64,000 nucleotides of DNA from Squalus acanthias. Taxonomy: Eukaryota. Every line of letters starts with the position of its first letter. Position 1 is the stretch's first letter. The notes beneath the pieces are model-generated. The model ran no database searches. It was not told the origin of the DNA and was given only the letters and a program-made list of their open reading frames with translations. This document shows, in pieces, positions 60,980 through 64,000 of this stretch. The DNA lies in assembly GCA_030390025.1 (NCBI GenBank), contig CM059432.1, forward strand, positions 118,670,001 to 118,734,000, read 5' to 3'. Made by a program: the position numbers and the translations under genes.

Positions 60980-63357
60980 GTTTGGGTGCGGGGGGGTCCG
61001 TGTAGTGGGTCGCTATCCCAGACATTCTATCAGCGCGCTCTGCAGTGTGTTTTTAACTAAACTACACCAATTGAATCAGTCATGCAGCTTTCCCGGCCAA
61101 TTAAGTGGAGCGGGTCTGATGACTTCACGGATGACTCCACTTCATCTCACCTATTTAAAGGAGCAGCGCACGGATGACAGTTGAAGGTTGGAGGAGGTGC
61201 TGCAGAGGTTGGTGGGGGAAGACAGTGGTTGGTGTGAGTGTAAGCAAGTTGTTTGATTATAAAGTTTTAAAGATTTGTAAGCAAAAATGCAGGCTCAGCG
61301 CCAGAAGGCTGCCCCCAAATTCAGTGATGCATCCCTGGAAATCATGCTCCAGGGAGTGAGAGGTCACAGGGAGGTCCTCTTCCCTGGTGATGGGAGGAAA
61401 TGGCCAGCCACAGAGACAAATAAGGCATGGCCGAGGAAGTGAGCAGCAGGAGTGTGGTCACCAGGTCCAGGATACAGTGCAGGATGAGATTTAATGACCT
61501 CATGAGGTCAGGAAAGGTGAGTACAATGCCACATTCTACTATATCCCGATGTGCGTGTCACCCCAACCCCATCACTCTGCCTTCCCAAGCCTACTCCTGC
61601 ACATCACTCCTCACACCAACCTAACTTGCAGGTGCACCCATACCTCACGGTCTATGCACCTACTCACATCCCCATCTGACTATCCACCACTGACAGTCAC
61701 CCTCATCCTAATGCAATCATAGAAATTAACGCCACAGAAGGAGGCCATTCAGCAATGTCACGCCAATAGTCACCCTCTACAGATGTAGCCTATACATCCC
61801 TTACACTCATCCATGACTCTCACTTAAAGGTCTCTTGTTTCCCTCCTTGCAGGAGAAGAGAGTGCAGAACACCAGGGAGAGGCAGAGAATCAGAGGTGAC
61901 CCTCCAATCATCACTCCGTTGATGGCAGCAAAGGAAGAAGCATTGGACATAAGTAGAGTTGCGGAGCTGCTGGCAGCTTGAGATGGAGAGAGGGGGACCT
62001 CCCAGCAACCTGGTGACAGAATTAAATATCATACAGCCACAGAGCATACAACAGTCACTCATAGTGACTTGATGGCAGCAGCCAGTGAAATATGATCATG
62101 TGCATAATGGTAACTTAAAATATTCTTATCATAACAGTTCTAATTCATCTCTTTACTCTCCCATAGGTTCATCAAATGCTCCTCCAACTGTCCAGCCAGT
62201 GGAGGAAAACGACTCCTCAGAGGAAGCTGCAGTCTCTGAAGGTGCAACATCACACGACCCATGCTCACCCAGCACCAGCGCAGGTACACACACCTCGGTG
62301 GGTCCTGTGAGAGAGAGAGTAGTGTTGTCACCTGGAGACCTGGAGTATCACAGATCACAAGTGAGCAAGAGCAGATGGTGGAGGCAGGGACAGCAGTAGA
62401 GAGACTTCGTCGGAGGGCGCAGGACACTCCAAGCTCTGCTCAGCTGGACGCAGATGCTGAACCTCGGGTGCTGTCGACAAAGAGGATGATCTTGGAGGAG
62501 TAGCAAAAATTGGGGGGGGCGATGTGTGTAATTGTAGGGAAAATGGAGGAGTCCATCTCCAAAATGAGCAGCACCATGTCGCAGGCAATCGCGACAATGT
62601 GCTCTTCTATGGAAGGGATGGCCACCTGCATGGAGCAGCAAATGCGACAGTCCAACGAGAACATGCTTGCTGTGAACAACAGATTGCAGACGCTCATTGG
62701 CCTCATCTCGAGAAGGTATACCAACGTAGACTTGGGCATTCATTGTCCCACTGCTGTGCAGCAAGGTGCACCCCAGCTCCTTGCTAACAGGGAAGTGCAG
62801 GTGGCACATGAGAGGGATGATGGTGAGAGGGGACATGGAAGTGGGTGCTCTGCTCAAAACGCTCCCACTTCTCCCCCGTTGCCTCCCCCTCAGTCAGAGC
62901 TCCCGATGGCCGAGTCTGCCCCTGCACATTTGCAGGAGGAGCAGTCTTTGGCGGGCCACTCACAGGCTCCAAAACCCAGAGAACGTTCGCCAAAAGTGTC
63001 TTAGCAGTCAGAGCAGAGATGTAAGCAGCCTGCCTCTACCGCTGCTGAAGCCACAGGGGGTGCACCTCATAGAAGTAGTAGGAAAAGAAAAATGACACAA
63101 TTGTAGATGCACAAGGGTGTGTTCCAAAATGTTAGAGGGTTAAGTTTCATTTGTATTTATGAGCCACATAACTTCATTTCTTTGCACCACTTTCCCGTCT
63201 TGTCCATTGTTGCCTGCTATCTGGTAAGTGGCCTTGTCACTTGGAGTGAATGGTGAGAGATTACTGAAACTCGAGCAATGAGTTTGTGTGTGATAGGAAT
63301 GGTTTAGACATTTTAGGACTGCTTTGTGGTTTGTGGGGGGGTGGGGGTTGGCGGGGG
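60980..63357 (+). mobile_element. Harbinger left half with decayed three-exon Myb/SANT gene (~61287-63105)
   Basis: EEVSSRSVVTRSRIQCRMRFNDLMRSGK|gtgagt; ccttgcag|gagaagaga; exon 3 homologous to 25009-25730 and 44777-45776. Confidence 0.8.
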
Positions 63358-64000
63358 TGTAGAATTCGCAATATATCGCGATTTTATAAATAAGGAGAAA
63401 AACACATAGTATCGTTCAAACAGCTTTTATTTCAGCAGAATGCTGTCAGGTTTTCAAAGTGGACACAAGCAGCCTGTAAAATGGCCGCCACGCCTCGTGG
63501 CAGAACATTCTAGACCTTTCGATAGGCAGACAAGATGGCGTTCCAATAAACATTTGTGCAGGATCGATCAAGACTAAGCACCTTTGAGATAATACACGAG
63601 ACATTATGGGTTTGCAGTATACACATAAATACTGGAATCGGTCTCTCAGGTACGAATAAGGGCTATTGTACCAAGCAATCAAGAACCCATCCAAAGACAT
63701 TAATATGCAAAATCCCAACGACTCTACGATGAGAGAGCCGTTAGCGGGTAGTTACAGAAAACATTTGGAAGCCCCAAAACCCCTCCAGGGAGAACACCGA
63801 CCGATTAAACAATGGGAAAAGTATTAACAGGTACTCAGACAGTTACGAGTATCCCCGAAACCCATTAAAACGGAGATCACCCTATACAAGAAATTTGAGC
63901 GCCAAACCCCAACAAAAGAAAAGACATTAAGGTTGGGCGGGAAAAGGAAGAATTTTGCACTATAACTGCAAGCTCCAACCGTCCATCTCTCTCTTATCCT
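63358..64000 (-). mobile_element. Possible LTR or other unclassified repeat (runs off window)
   Basis: Abrupt composition change starting TGTAG, with minus-strand AATAAA at ~63426-63431 about 70 bp from that end. Confidence 0.3.

Noticed and set aside
1..64000. CRISPR array or prokaryotic operon
   Set aside because: The sequence is eukaryotic, intron-containing and transposon-derived. No repeat-spacer array is present.

Overview
Repeat-dominated vertebrate DNA, most likely from a cartilaginous fish (shark-type CR1, V-SINE and Deu-domain SINE repeats). No host protein-coding exon could be supported. Contents: (i) many CR1 and some L2/CR1-group LINE fragments; (ii) a dense set of PIF/Harbinger DNA transposons, including one near-intact 4.16-kb element (26869-31028, TAA TSD) with an intact spliced three-exon Myb/SANT gene and a convergent DDE transposase broken by one frameshift, plus decayed relatives and many MITEs; (iii) six short Penelope-like (PLE) insertions of two families. 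Five of these carry minimal hammerhead ribozyme motifs (six motifs in total: CUGANGA-A / helix II / GAAA-palindrome-UU), with compensatory changes in helix I. Three PLE copies are fold-back insertions with 10-12 bp TSDs. In the one core-less copy, both palindrome arms stop exactly at the predicted self-cleavage site. All calls are by eye, without database searches.
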